NCBI GenBank assembly: GCA_964634595.1
Contig: CAZWKU010000003.1
Coordinates: 1-51,948 of the forward strand
From: an uncultured Candidatus Saccharibacteria bacterium
Lineage (GTDB): Bacteria; Patescibacteriota; Minisyncoccia; Phycocordibacterales; Phycocordibacteraceae
Length of the DNA: 51,948 bases
Direction: 5' to 3'
Shown in pieces: positions 18,923 through 27,925 of this stretch. The notes below the pieces were generated by a model. That model had not been told where the DNA came from. It was given only the letters and a program-made list of their open reading frames with translations, and searched no databases. Position numbers and translations under genes: made by a program. The stretch's first letter is position 1. Each line of letters begins with the position of its first letter.

Positions 18923-19515
18923 AGCTCTGGGCTCCTGAAATTTACGCTCCTACCGGCTTTAATCGAGCCCTCAAGCTTGGCGATGTTCGCGCGCTTGATG
19001 CAGGGTGCGGGGCGCGCAAGCTCCCCGGGGCGGTGGGTATGGATCGCTTGCCGCTTGCAGGCGTTGCTATCGTGCATGATTTTGATCAAACCCCATGGCC
19101 TATCGAGAGCAACTCTTTTGATCTGGTATTTATGAACCACTCACTTGAGCACGCGCACGATGTTGTGGCGGCGATGAACGAGGTGCATCGTGTTTTAAAA
19201 CCCACCGGCCGCGTTGTTATTCAAGTCCCTTATTTTCGGAGTGTCGACGCGTATGGCGACCCAACACACCAGCATTTTTTCACCTCGCAGACACTCGACT
19301 ATTTTAGTGAGGGGAGCGATCTTTTTAAGTATGCCTATAGCGAGAGGATGTTTATTAAGAGGGGGTTTTGGTACGGCTGGCCGCACCCCTCGCGTAACCC
19401 ACTCAAGCGATATATAAAATCACTTATCACAAGGCGGCAGGGGCTCTATGACCAATACCTCTCCCTCCTTGCACCCGTTGAGTGCCTTACCTGGGAGCTC
19501 GAGGCTAAAAAATGA
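18919..19515 (+). CDS. Class I SAM-dependent methyltransferase (type 11-like)
   Basis: LDAGCGARK; HSLEHAHD; EVHRVLKPTG; AYGDPTH. Confidence 0.88.
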   Translation: MKLWAPEIYAPTGFNRALKLGDVRALDAGCGARKLPGAVGMDRLPLAGVAIVHDFDQTPWPIESNSFDLVFMNHSLEHAHDVVAAMNEVHRVLKPTGRVVIQVPYFRSVDAYGDPTHQHFFTSQTLDYFSEGSDLFKYAYSERMFIKRGFWYGWPHPSRNPLKRYIKSLITRRQGLYDQYLSLLAPVECLTWELEAKK

Positions 19516-20588
19516 AAATAGGCTTACTCGTCCATCCTTATGAACCTGAGAGGCCGGGTGGTCTTGGGCGGGCAAACTTCGCTTACGTAGAAGCTCTGCT
19601 CAAGAGCGACAGAGCTAACTCATACACGATATATTTAAAGGGGGCTCCTCACAAAACAAGTTTCTCAACTTACCAAAATGCCACCGTGGTCTGGATGGGG
19701 AATGGGCCGCTGTGGCTAACTGGTTTTCGAGCCCTTGACCCCAGTCTTGATCTCTATGTATTTTTTAATCCGATCATACCCCTCTTTTTTTATCCAAAGA
19801 AATCAATAGTTATTGCCTATGACTTTGCTTTTTTAAAGATGGGGTCGTCTTCTCTTAAAGATTATATACAAACGTGGTTTACGTATATGCTCCAATATCG
19901 GTCCCTGCATAAGGCTACGCGTGTCGTGACAATTTCAGACGCCACCAAAGAAGATATTGTGCAGTATTTTAAGATTGCACGAGACAAAATAAATATGATT
20001 CATGTCGGATACATGGCTCTCACCCAACCAGCAAGACCCATGTCACTACCAGAACCTTTTTTCTTATTTGCGGGGGTGCTAAAGGAGCGAAAGAATGTTG
20101 CAGGAATAATCCGAGCATTTGCAGTTTTGCATGCTTCGCATCCCGGTATAACTTTAGTTATTGCTGGCAAAAAAGAGGGTGCATATTATCAATCTCTTCT
20201 ACGCCTCATAACTGAATTACAAATCGCCTCACATATTCATTTTCTTGGATACGTGAGTAATGAGGAGCTTGCGTACCTATTCTCAAAAGCAGTCGCGCTC
20301 GTGTTCCCGAGTTTTGTCGAGGGGTTTGGCATGCCCGTACTTGAGGCGATGCACGCGGGTACACCCGTTATTACCTCACGCGAGGGCGCACTTGCTGAAG
20401 TGGCGGGTACCGCGGCACTCTTGGTAGACCCTCACGACCCTGCAGACATAGCAAATGCAATGCGCCACATTGCAGAAGATGCAGGCTTGCGTGAGGAGCT
20501 TGTAAAAAAAGGATACGCTCGTGCCGCAGAGTTTTCATGGGAGAAAACAGGGCAAAAGCTCGTCGAGGTTATCAATTCGCTCGCATGA
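19512..20588 (+). CDS. GT4 glycosyltransferase (mannosyltransferase-like)
   Basis: TISDATKEDI; KERKN; FPSFVEGFGMPVLEAMHAGTPVITS. Confidence 0.92.
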   Translation: MKIGLLVHPYEPERPGGLGRANFAYVEALLKSDRANSYTIYLKGAPHKTSFSTYQNATVVWMGNGPLWLTGFRALDPSLDLYVFFNPIIPLFFYPKKSIVIAYDFAFLKMGSSSLKDYIQTWFTYMLQYRSLHKATRVVTISDATKEDIVQYFKIARDKINMIHVGYMALTQPARPMSLPEPFFLFAGVLKERKNVAGIIRAFAVLHASHPGITLVIAGKKEGAYYQSLLRLITELQIASHIHFLGYVSNEELAYLFSKAVALVFPSFVEGFGMPVLEAMHAGTPVITSREGALAEVAGTAALLVDPHDPADIANAMRHIAEDAGLREELVKKGYARAAEFSWEKTGQKLVEVINSLA

Positions 20589-22414
20589 AAAGCTTGATCG
20601 TACTGTATGAAAGAGGGCAGGTAGAGGGGCTTCAGCGCCTAGCGCACGGGGATGTAAAAAACGCGTCACTCGTGGCACTTTCGCTTGAAGTCGAACAGGC
20701 TTTAGAGGAGCGCAAGATCTCTTTTATATCAGCACGAGGGTTTAAGCACGTTCCCCTTGATTTGCTTAGAACCGAGGACACAATTGCAAGTAGCTTTCTT
20801 GATGAGAAATTTTGGGCACCGTTCTCATACCGCGGGGTACCACTCCGCTCTACCTTGCAGTTTGCATTTCGGGCATACCTGCAACGCGTACGGTACTATG
20901 CCGGTTTGCTCGCCTCGATACTCGAAGCGCATCCTGAAGTAGAGCATATCGTTCTTTTTGAACCTGCGGGTGTTGTGATGCCTGAAGTTGCTGGTGCGCT
21001 CGCTTTGCAGGAGCAGAGGGTAGTGGTTGATGTTGCACACGTGCTCGCACAGGCGCGAGACATCTCGACACAGATCATACCGTGTCGCAAAGAAAATGAA
21101 GCACTGAGGCAATTGCAATTTCGTATGCAACGGAGAGTGTTTACGCTTGTACTCTCGGCATGGAACGGCGCCGCCTCCCTTTTAGGGCGCCGGGGGCGCC
21201 CCCGTCTTGTTATTGGCGACTATTGGAAGAATGTAGAGTCAATTATCGCCTCTGTGCCAGCAGGCGAGTGTCTTTTTGTTGAGCGCGCCGAATTTTTCAA
21301 AATCCCATGGCAGGCACGGCTACGTTTTCGTATGCGATTTATGCATGCAGAGAGCATGGTGACACGTACCTTGGCATTCGCCGCGCGTAAGCAAGCACAA
21401 GAGTTTCAAGAGCTTTGGCAAAAAAAGCGCCCTGAGCTTTTGGGCAGCTGTGTTGTGCATGAGGTAGCATTCGATACGCTTTTGTATGCCGCTCTCGATG
21501 AACTGATGCGGGGCATAGAACGAACATGCATTTCAATTGAGGGCACACACGCACTCTACACCACGTTTGCTCCTGACCTCGTACTCTTGCGTGCGAGTGT
21601 GAGCCTCCAACCTCACTTCTCCATCCTCCCCTTGGTTGCCAAAGAGCGCGGCATCCCTTCGCTCGAGCTTCAGCACGGCATTGAGTATTTGAGTACCGGC
21701 TCTCTTTCTCGAGAGCACGTTGCTGAATATATTGGGGTGTACGGCACGCTTATACAAAAGGAGTTTGTGCACCTTGGGTATGCACACGCACACATTCGCG
21801 TTGTCGGTTCTCCGCGCCTTGACCACGTAAAGAGGGTCGAAAAGAAAAAGGGGCGCCCCTACACGGTACTGTGCATTGCGCCTGATCTACGCCCTTTTGA
21901 ACTTTACGATTCGTACAGCGCTGAAGACTATTTTGCTACGGTGGTGCGCGCGATACGAGACATCCCCCAGGCCGAGCTGATCGTAAAACTACGCCCAGGG
22001 AGCTCTGCGCTCAAGAGTATTGCCGAGCGCGTGTGTGCAACGGTGCCCCACAGTATCACGAGTACCGGCTCAATGGCAGAGCTCTGTGCACGATCTGACA
22101 CAGTAGTCTCTTGTTTTTCTACCGCGGTGCTCGAAGCACTCTTTTCGGGTACACCCGTCGTACTCCCTACTCTCAGTGGCGTTGATGCGCAGGTAACCCG
22201 CTTTCATTTTGCTCCCTACGCAGAGGCGGGGGCGCTGGCTATCGTCGATACAGGAGAGGCTTTATCGCGTGCCCTTAAAAGGCTTGCTGACCCCAGCGCG
22301 CGAGAAATTAGTCGAGCCAAAAGCGTAGCGTTTCTTGCTCAAAATTTCTCTCTCGATGGTCACGCTACCGAGCGTCTCCGCAATTTAATTACGGAGCTCA
22401 CTCGAGCGAACTAA
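20585..22414 (+). CDS. GT-B-like protein (CDP-glycerol glycerophosphotransferase/sialyltransferase-like); candidate nonulosonate transferase
   Basis: SLELQHGIE; VVGSPRLD; VKLRP; STAVLEAL; paralog of 23870-25705. Confidence 0.55.
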   Translation: MKSLIVLYERGQVEGLQRLAHGDVKNASLVALSLEVEQALEERKISFISARGFKHVPLDLLRTEDTIASSFLDEKFWAPFSYRGVPLRSTLQFAFRAYLQRVRYYAGLLASILEAHPEVEHIVLFEPAGVVMPEVAGALALQEQRVVVDVAHVLAQARDISTQIIPCRKENEALRQLQFRMQRRVFTLVLSAWNGAASLLGRRGRPRLVIGDYWKNVESIIASVPAGECLFVERAEFFKIPWQARLRFRMRFMHAESMVTRTLAFAARKQAQEFQELWQKKRPELLGSCVVHEVAFDTLLYAALDELMRGIERTCISIEGTHALYTTFAPDLVLLRASVSLQPHFSILPLVAKERGIPSLELQHGIEYLSTGSLSREHVAEYIGVYGTLIQKEFVHLGYAHAHIRVVGSPRLDHVKRVEKKKGRPYTVLCIAPDLRPFELYDSYSAEDYFATVVRAIRDIPQAELIVKLRPGSSALKSIAERVCATVPHSITSTGSMAELCARSDTVVSCFSTAVLEALFSGTPVVLPTLSGVDAQVTRFHFAPYAEAGALAIVDTGEALSRALKRLADPSAREISRAKSVAFLAQNFSLDGHATERLRNLITELTRAN

Positions 22415-23799
22415 TTAATGATCCAGTAACTTAGGCAAGCATGACTCCCGTTTGGCTTTGTGCTAGATCGTATAGTAAAGCTTGTCCCGGGTGCACGTGC
22501 ACTAATACTGTAATTTCGATTTGCACCCTTGTCACAAGAAATCCCTAAGCGAGTACCAAGAGAAGAATCTTCGGTAATTAGGATCTGGCTATGGGTGGTT
22601 ACGGCAGAGGTATTTACAACAAGCAAATCTTTTCCTTTTTGCATCGCAATACTTCCCGCAGATGCTGTACCACAAACGGCTGGTGATGCGGCTGAAGCAC
22701 AATTGGTAGCCGTATATTGCTTTTCGGCAGTGACTGAAGTAGCGAGAACGCCACCACTCACATGCAGTTGTTCTATCGGATTGTCTGTCCCAATGCCTAA
22801 CCTGCTATTTATAATCATGTTTTGACCCGCGCGCCCAAAGGTCAATGTTGTTGCATTTGTAGTGCCAAAATTGAAAGAACCACTTGCGACCGTATCGATC
22901 ATTGAATTGATCTGCATCAGGAGATTACCCGCGCTGAGCGTGGTATTAGAACCATCATCAGAGAGCAGAGAATCACTAAGAATCATTGGTGCCGTAAATT
23001 TTGCAAGACGGTTCACAGCCCCAGCCCCAGTGATACCCGGGGTGCTTGGCGGTGGAGGTGGCTTGCTACGACATATTGATGGGGTATCTGTAGCAAATGT
23101 TGCAAGCCCACTGCTCATAAGGTCATAGCCATTCGCCGACGCATCACTGAGAACATTATCGAGCGACCATTCTGCTTGCAGGTTAGCTGTTGCTGTACCA
23201 TACACATTGCACATGTTGTTTAAAATGTCCGAACTGCTCCTGACAGTATTCCATACACGGACGAGACTCACCCGTCCATCAAGAGGGATAATATGTGTAG
23301 GACCCCACGCCCCGATATACAATGGATCTTCACTAGACTCGACTGGTCCTGAGAGAGAAACCGTCTGAGCCTTCTGCACGCCATCTACGTAGAGTGTCCC
23401 TACTCCAGAGGAACCATCTCTCGTGCCAGCGATGTGATACCAGACTCCGATTGAAGGATTCCAACCGTCGTAAGAAACTACATTAAACGGGTTGCCTGAT
23501 TGAGATGATATAAAACGCAAGTCATAATTAGATCCACTGGCCATTAGCTCAAGATGATATGCTCCATAAGCATCGTTTTTAGGCTTAGCTACAATACCAG
23601 CACGATCCGTTGGCATAGATGTAAACTTTACCCATGCTTCAGCAGTGACATCACCAGTGAGGTTTAAATTCGGAGTATCAACTGAGGTGATGAAATATTC
23701 TGGTGCAACAAGAAGAGGCGATTGGATAAGCCCGTAATTTGCGAATGCGGGTTGTGGCAAGATCAAGACTATTAGCAGAGCCAAATATTTCGAGTCCAT
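22411..23799 (-). CDS. Secreted LamG/concanavalin-A-like domain protein with fibre-like C-terminus
   Basis: Signal peptide MDSKYLALLIVLILPQPAFA; LamG motifs TAEAWVK, WYHIAGT, LYVDG, RVWNTVRS; poly-Pro linker; LGIGTDNP.EQLHVSG repeat; ends CLSYWIIN. Confidence 0.8.
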   Translation of the reverse strand: MDSKYLALLIVLILPQPAFANYGLIQSPLLVAPEYFITSVDTPNLNLTGDVTAEAWVKFTSMPTDRAGIVAKPKNDAYGAYHLELMASGSNYDLRFISSQSGNPFNVVSYDGWNPSIGVWYHIAGTRDGSSGVGTLYVDGVQKAQTVSLSGPVESSEDPLYIGAWGPTHIIPLDGRVSLVRVWNTVRSSSDILNNMCNVYGTATANLQAEWSLDNVLSDASANGYDLMSSGLATFATDTPSICRSKPPPPPSTPGITGAGAVNRLAKFTAPMILSDSLLSDDGSNTTLSAGNLLMQINSMIDTVASGSFNFGTTNATTLTFGRAGQNMIINSRLGIGTDNPIEQLHVSGGVLATSVTAEKQYTATNCASAASPAVCGTASAGSIAMQKGKDLLVVNTSAVTTHSQILITEDSSLGTRLGISCDKGANRNYSISARAPGTSFTIRSSTKPNGSHACLSYWIIN

Positions 23800-23869
23800 G
23801 ACTAATTGCAAGATTATTGTATAATATCATCTCTAGTATACATTAAAGCCTTGAAGTACCATATAAGGA

Positions 23870-25705
23870 ATGTCTTTGCGTGCTTTTTTTATTGTTTATG
23901 ACTCTGCACATGTCGAAGAGGCAGCAGTAAAATCAAAACAGGGGGACACGGTCATTTGTTTTGATTTTTTGGCCGAGCAGGAGCTGAAAGCAAAACATGT
24001 CACGTTCATCTCGCTCCCCGACATGGCAAAAGAGAGTGAAGGTGAAGGGGAGTGGTGGCAACTATCGCACGAGATTTCGCGCGATTGGTACCGCGTGCCA
24101 GCCATGAAGTTGTTTGAGTACAAGGGTATTAAGCTTGCCGAACCGCCCGAACCTATTTTGCAAGAGTATTTTGCACGACTTTTTTACTATGTGCGTATCT
24201 ATCAAGCATTTAAAAAAAGTTACCCCAATGCGCAATTGGCCATCCCAACACCTGAAATAAAGAGTGCACCTGATGCGTCGCCTCTGGCCGGTTTCATGTC
24301 GTGGACCATTGTCGATGCGGCACGTATGGTAGGCATTTCAGTCGTGACGGGCGAACGCTCTACCGAAGAGAGGTATGTGTTTCCTCCACGTACTCTGAAA
24401 GCTACGGTACTCAAAGTGCGCAATTTCGTTGTTGGGTTGGCGCCTCGCCGTTCATTCAAGGTATACACGAGTGCCTATTGGAACTATGTCGAACCCATGG
24501 TCCCATACCTTACAGACACCGAGCTTATGGTATGGGAGAGCAGAAAGATATTTGATATCTCCTGGCGAGAAGTACTGGTGCACCGCATTCGTGTTTTTGG
24601 CACCGCAGGGGTTGTGAGCGCGCGTGAAGAGCGAGAGGCGTGCGCGGCGGCTCGGCCGTTTATGGGGGCTTGGCAGAGTGCGCGCCTTGAGATAGAGACC
24701 TACTTAAAAAATACTCATGCTGATCTTGACTGGTCTCCAGTACTTGCCGTATTTGAGTATTTGATACGGTATGCGCCACGCATTATTGCTGACATCAACA
24801 CGCTTGAGCGGGTCATGCGAAAAGAAAAACCAAACCTAGTGTTGACCATGGCGTCGGTAGGCGGGCCGCAACATTACTTTTTCTTAATGGCGACGGTTGC
24901 CAAGCATTTAGGTATACCTTCGGTTGAGCTTCAGCATGCGGGTGCGACCGTTGACCCTCGATCGGTCTATCATCGTATTGAGACAGATCACCTACTCACG
25001 TACGGTGAGAATGTGAACAGGTGGCACGAAAAAATCGGGCATGCGAGAGAGCGTATGATGATAGGTGGTTGCCCACGTTTTGACCGCTATACTACCGAGT
25101 ACGCACAAGCAAAGACCAGGCGGGTTGCAGTGCTTAAGCGTCTCAATCTTGACGCGGCGCGACCAGTCCTCTTTGTCACCGTGCCGTTTTCGGACACGCT
25201 CCCTACAGCATTTGACTCGTATCAAATAGCCACATTTTTTTACATGGTGCGCGAGGTGCAGAAAAAAGTCCCTGGTCTGCAGGTGCTCTTCAAATTTCGC
25301 AGCTATCGTCACGTGGGCGGGATGCGTGAGTACCTCGCAACACTCTTTGTACGCGACTATGCGATTGCAGGAGATGAAGACCTGTTTACGCTCCTCTGTG
25401 CGAGCGATGGGGCCCTGTGCAATAACTCAACGACAATTTATCAAATACTCCTCGCGCGTATCCCCATCATACTTCACCCATGGAAGGTTTTTGATTCGTA
25501 CCATGCGCAGGTCTATCAAGAGGCCGCACCTCTTTGCTACGAGCCAGCCAAGGCAGTAGAGGCTCTTGCGCGCGTCTTTACCGATACGACATATCGAGAC
25601 GAGCTCCTCACGCGTCAAACCGCATTCTTAAAGGGATATTCTTTTGATGGGCATGCGTCAGAGAGGGTTGCCAGGCTCTTGCGCGAGCTTGGCAAAAAGC
25701 GTTGA
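23870..25705 (+). CDS. GT-B-like protein, paralog of 20585-22414; candidate nonulosonate transferase
   Basis: SVELQHAG; GGCPRFD; FKFRS; STTIYQ; same C-terminal DGHA.ER motif. Confidence 0.55.
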   Translation: MSLRAFFIVYDSAHVEEAAVKSKQGDTVICFDFLAEQELKAKHVTFISLPDMAKESEGEGEWWQLSHEISRDWYRVPAMKLFEYKGIKLAEPPEPILQEYFARLFYYVRIYQAFKKSYPNAQLAIPTPEIKSAPDASPLAGFMSWTIVDAARMVGISVVTGERSTEERYVFPPRTLKATVLKVRNFVVGLAPRRSFKVYTSAYWNYVEPMVPYLTDTELMVWESRKIFDISWREVLVHRIRVFGTAGVVSAREEREACAAARPFMGAWQSARLEIETYLKNTHADLDWSPVLAVFEYLIRYAPRIIADINTLERVMRKEKPNLVLTMASVGGPQHYFFLMATVAKHLGIPSVELQHAGATVDPRSVYHRIETDHLLTYGENVNRWHEKIGHARERMMIGGCPRFDRYTTEYAQAKTRRVAVLKRLNLDAARPVLFVTVPFSDTLPTAFDSYQIATFFYMVREVQKKVPGLQVLFKFRSYRHVGGMREYLATLFVRDYAIAGDEDLFTLLCASDGALCNNSTTIYQILLARIPIILHPWKVFDSYHAQVYQEAAPLCYEPAKAVEALARVFTDTTYRDELLTRQTAFLKGYSFDGHASERVARLLRELGKKR

Positions 25706-25771
25706 GGGGGGGGTGAAACCTACGAGTGGCTCTCCCTGGTTACTCATGGTATAACAGTGTCCAACGGGCGT

Positions 25772-26788
25772 ATGAAATACCTTAAAGGCAAGACAGTATT
25801 GATCACAGGCGGGACAGGCTCGTTTGGCAAGAATTTTGCCAAACATATTTTAAAGCACTCGAAGCTGAAAAAACTCATTATTTTTTCGCGCGATGAGCTA
25901 AAGCAGTCTCAGATGCAGGCTGAGATGCGCGACGAGCGCCTGCGCTTTTTCATTGGGGACACGCGCGATCTCTCTCGGCTTGAGCGCGCCTTTCACGGGG
26001 TAGATATCGTGGTCCATGCGGCGGCACTCAAGCAGGTGCCTGCGCTCGAGTACAACCCATACGAGGCAGTGAAGACCAATATCTTGGGGAGCCAAAACGT
26101 TATCGAAGCGGCACTCGATCAGGGTGTTGAGAAAGTGGTGCTGGTCTCGACTGATAAGGCTGCGATGCCTGTTAATCTTTATGGCTCAACCAAGCTCTGT
26201 GCCGAGAAGCTTTTTATCGCGGGCAATGCGTACAGTGGCTCTAAGCGCCCGGCCCGCTTTAGTGTGGTGCGCTACGGCAATGTGGTAGGGAGTCGTGGCA
26301 GTATCGTCGAAAAGCTCATTCTCACCCCTGATGCACACACGGTACATATCACCGACGAGCGCATGACGCGTTTTTGGATAGATCTCGAGCAAGCATTTAA
26401 TATCGTCCTCTTTGCGCTCGAAAACATGGAGGGTGGCGAGATTTTTATACCCAAGGCTCCTGCCATGAAGCTCACCGACCTTTTTGATCTCATTGTGCCC
26501 AAAGCGAAGCGAGTCACGGTGGGGATACGGCCGGGTGAAAAATTGCATGAGGTACTTTTGACAAAAGAAGAGGCACGCCACGCGGTTGAGCTCAAAGACT
26601 ATTTTGTGGTGCTCCCTGAAAATATTATCTCAGCAGGTCAAAAGCGTGGTATCGGAAAGTTTCGTAAACAAGGCAAAAAACTACCTTCTGATTTTCAACA
26701 CGCTAGTGACACCAGTCGCCACCAGCTCTCTAAAGAGAACCTCCTAACTTTCGTAGACAAAATGCGCGAGATGCTTGGTGTGAAATGA
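25772..26788 (+). CDS. pseB: UDP-N-acetylglucosamine 4,6-dehydratase (inverting)
   Basis: ITGGTGSFG; FSRDELKQ; HAAALKQVPALEYNP; STDKA.MPVNLYGSTK; VRYGNVVGSRGS; MTRFWI; GIRPGEKLHE. Confidence 0.93.
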   Translation: MKYLKGKTVLITGGTGSFGKNFAKHILKHSKLKKLIIFSRDELKQSQMQAEMRDERLRFFIGDTRDLSRLERAFHGVDIVVHAAALKQVPALEYNPYEAVKTNILGSQNVIEAALDQGVEKVVLVSTDKAAMPVNLYGSTKLCAEKLFIAGNAYSGSKRPARFSVVRYGNVVGSRGSIVEKLILTPDAHTVHITDERMTRFWIDLEQAFNIVLFALENMEGGEIFIPKAPAMKLTDLFDLIVPKAKRVTVGIRPGEKLHEVLLTKEEARHAVELKDYFVVLPENIISAGQKRGIGKFRKQGKKLPSDFQHASDTSRHQLSKENLLTFVDKMREMLGVK

Positions 26789-27909
26789 TCCCGTATTCAC
26801 GACAAGAGATAGACACAGCTGATATCAAAGCGGTGATGAGGGTGCTTAAGGAGCGTATCATTACGCGTGGCCCGCTCATTCGCACATTTGAAGAGGCACT
26901 GGCGAAAGAGGTCGGGGCAAAATACGCAGTCGCCTTTACTTCAGGCACGGCGGCCCTGCAAGGGGCATATTTTGCCGCTGGGGTAGGGAAAGGGGATGAG
27001 GTTATCACGAGCCCACTCACCTTTGCATCTACTGCGAATGCTGCTCTGTGGGCGGGAGCGAAGATTGTTTTTGCAGATATTGATGAGAGCGGGAATATTG
27101 ACCCACGGGCCGTTGCCAAAAAAATAACAAAACGCACCAGGGCGATTGCGCCTGTCGACTATGGCGGCCGGCCTGCTGATTCAATTGCACTTAGAACACT
27201 CACTCGCAAGCACGGCCTCGTGCTTATTGAAGACGCAGTGCATGCTCTTGGGGGCAGTCTCGATGGTAAAAAAATCGGCTCAATTGCTGACCTTTCGACT
27301 TTTAGTTTTCACCCCGTTAAGCCGCTCACCATGGGCGAGGGTGGGGCAGTGACAACTAATAGCAAAGAGTTTTACGGTCACCTCCTTCGTTTTCGCAATC
27401 ATGGCATGACGCGCGATCGCGCGCTATTTGAAATGAAAGACGCGCCGCCGTGGCACTATGAGATGCTTGAGCTCGGCATCAATTCTTGGATAACTGACTT
27501 TCAGGCGGCGCTTGGTATCAGCCAGTTGAAAAAGCTCGATCGTTTTACACAGGCACGCCGCGTGGCCGCAGAGCGCTATCAGAAACTCCTTGTGGGTATA
27601 GATGGGCTCATCCTCCCGAACCCCGACACAAAAGAGTCACAGTCGGCCTGGCACCTGTACCCCGTTCGTGTACCCGTTAACAAGCGCCGCGCACTTTTCG
27701 AGGCACTCATTGCCGCCGACATCGGCGTGCAGGTGCACTACATCCCTGTCTACCTTCACCCGTATTACAAAAAGCTTGGGTACAAAAAAGGGCTCTGCCC
27801 GCGTGCCGAGGCTTTTTATGAGAGCGAGCTCTCCCTCCCGCTCTTCCCGAGCATTACAGTTGCCGAGCAAAAGCATATTGTTACTGTGCTGAAACGACAT
27901 TTGAATTGA
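26785..27909 (+). CDS. pseC: UDP-4-amino-4,6-dideoxy-N-acetyl-beta-L-altrosamine transaminase (DegT/DnrJ family)
   Basis: MIPYSRQEID; EDAVHALG; FSFHPVKPLTMGEGG; RNHG; AWHLY; QVHYIPV; adjacent to pseB. Confidence 0.88.
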   Translation: MIPYSRQEIDTADIKAVMRVLKERIITRGPLIRTFEEALAKEVGAKYAVAFTSGTAALQGAYFAAGVGKGDEVITSPLTFASTANAALWAGAKIVFADIDESGNIDPRAVAKKITKRTRAIAPVDYGGRPADSIALRTLTRKHGLVLIEDAVHALGGSLDGKKIGSIADLSTFSFHPVKPLTMGEGGAVTTNSKEFYGHLLRFRNHGMTRDRALFEMKDAPPWHYEMLELGINSWITDFQAALGISQLKKLDRFTQARRVAAERYQKLLVGIDGLILPNPDTKESQSAWHLYPVRVPVNKRRALFEALIAADIGVQVHYIPVYLHPYYKKLGYKKGLCPRAEAFYESELSLPLFPSITVAEQKHIVTVLKRHLN

Positions 27910-27925
27910 TGTATAGTGGGTTGGT

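Noticed and set aside
25706-25713. G8 tract upstream of pseB as a phase-variation switch
   Set aside because: Intergenic, and upstream of the expected -35 position rather than in the promoter spacer or a CDS
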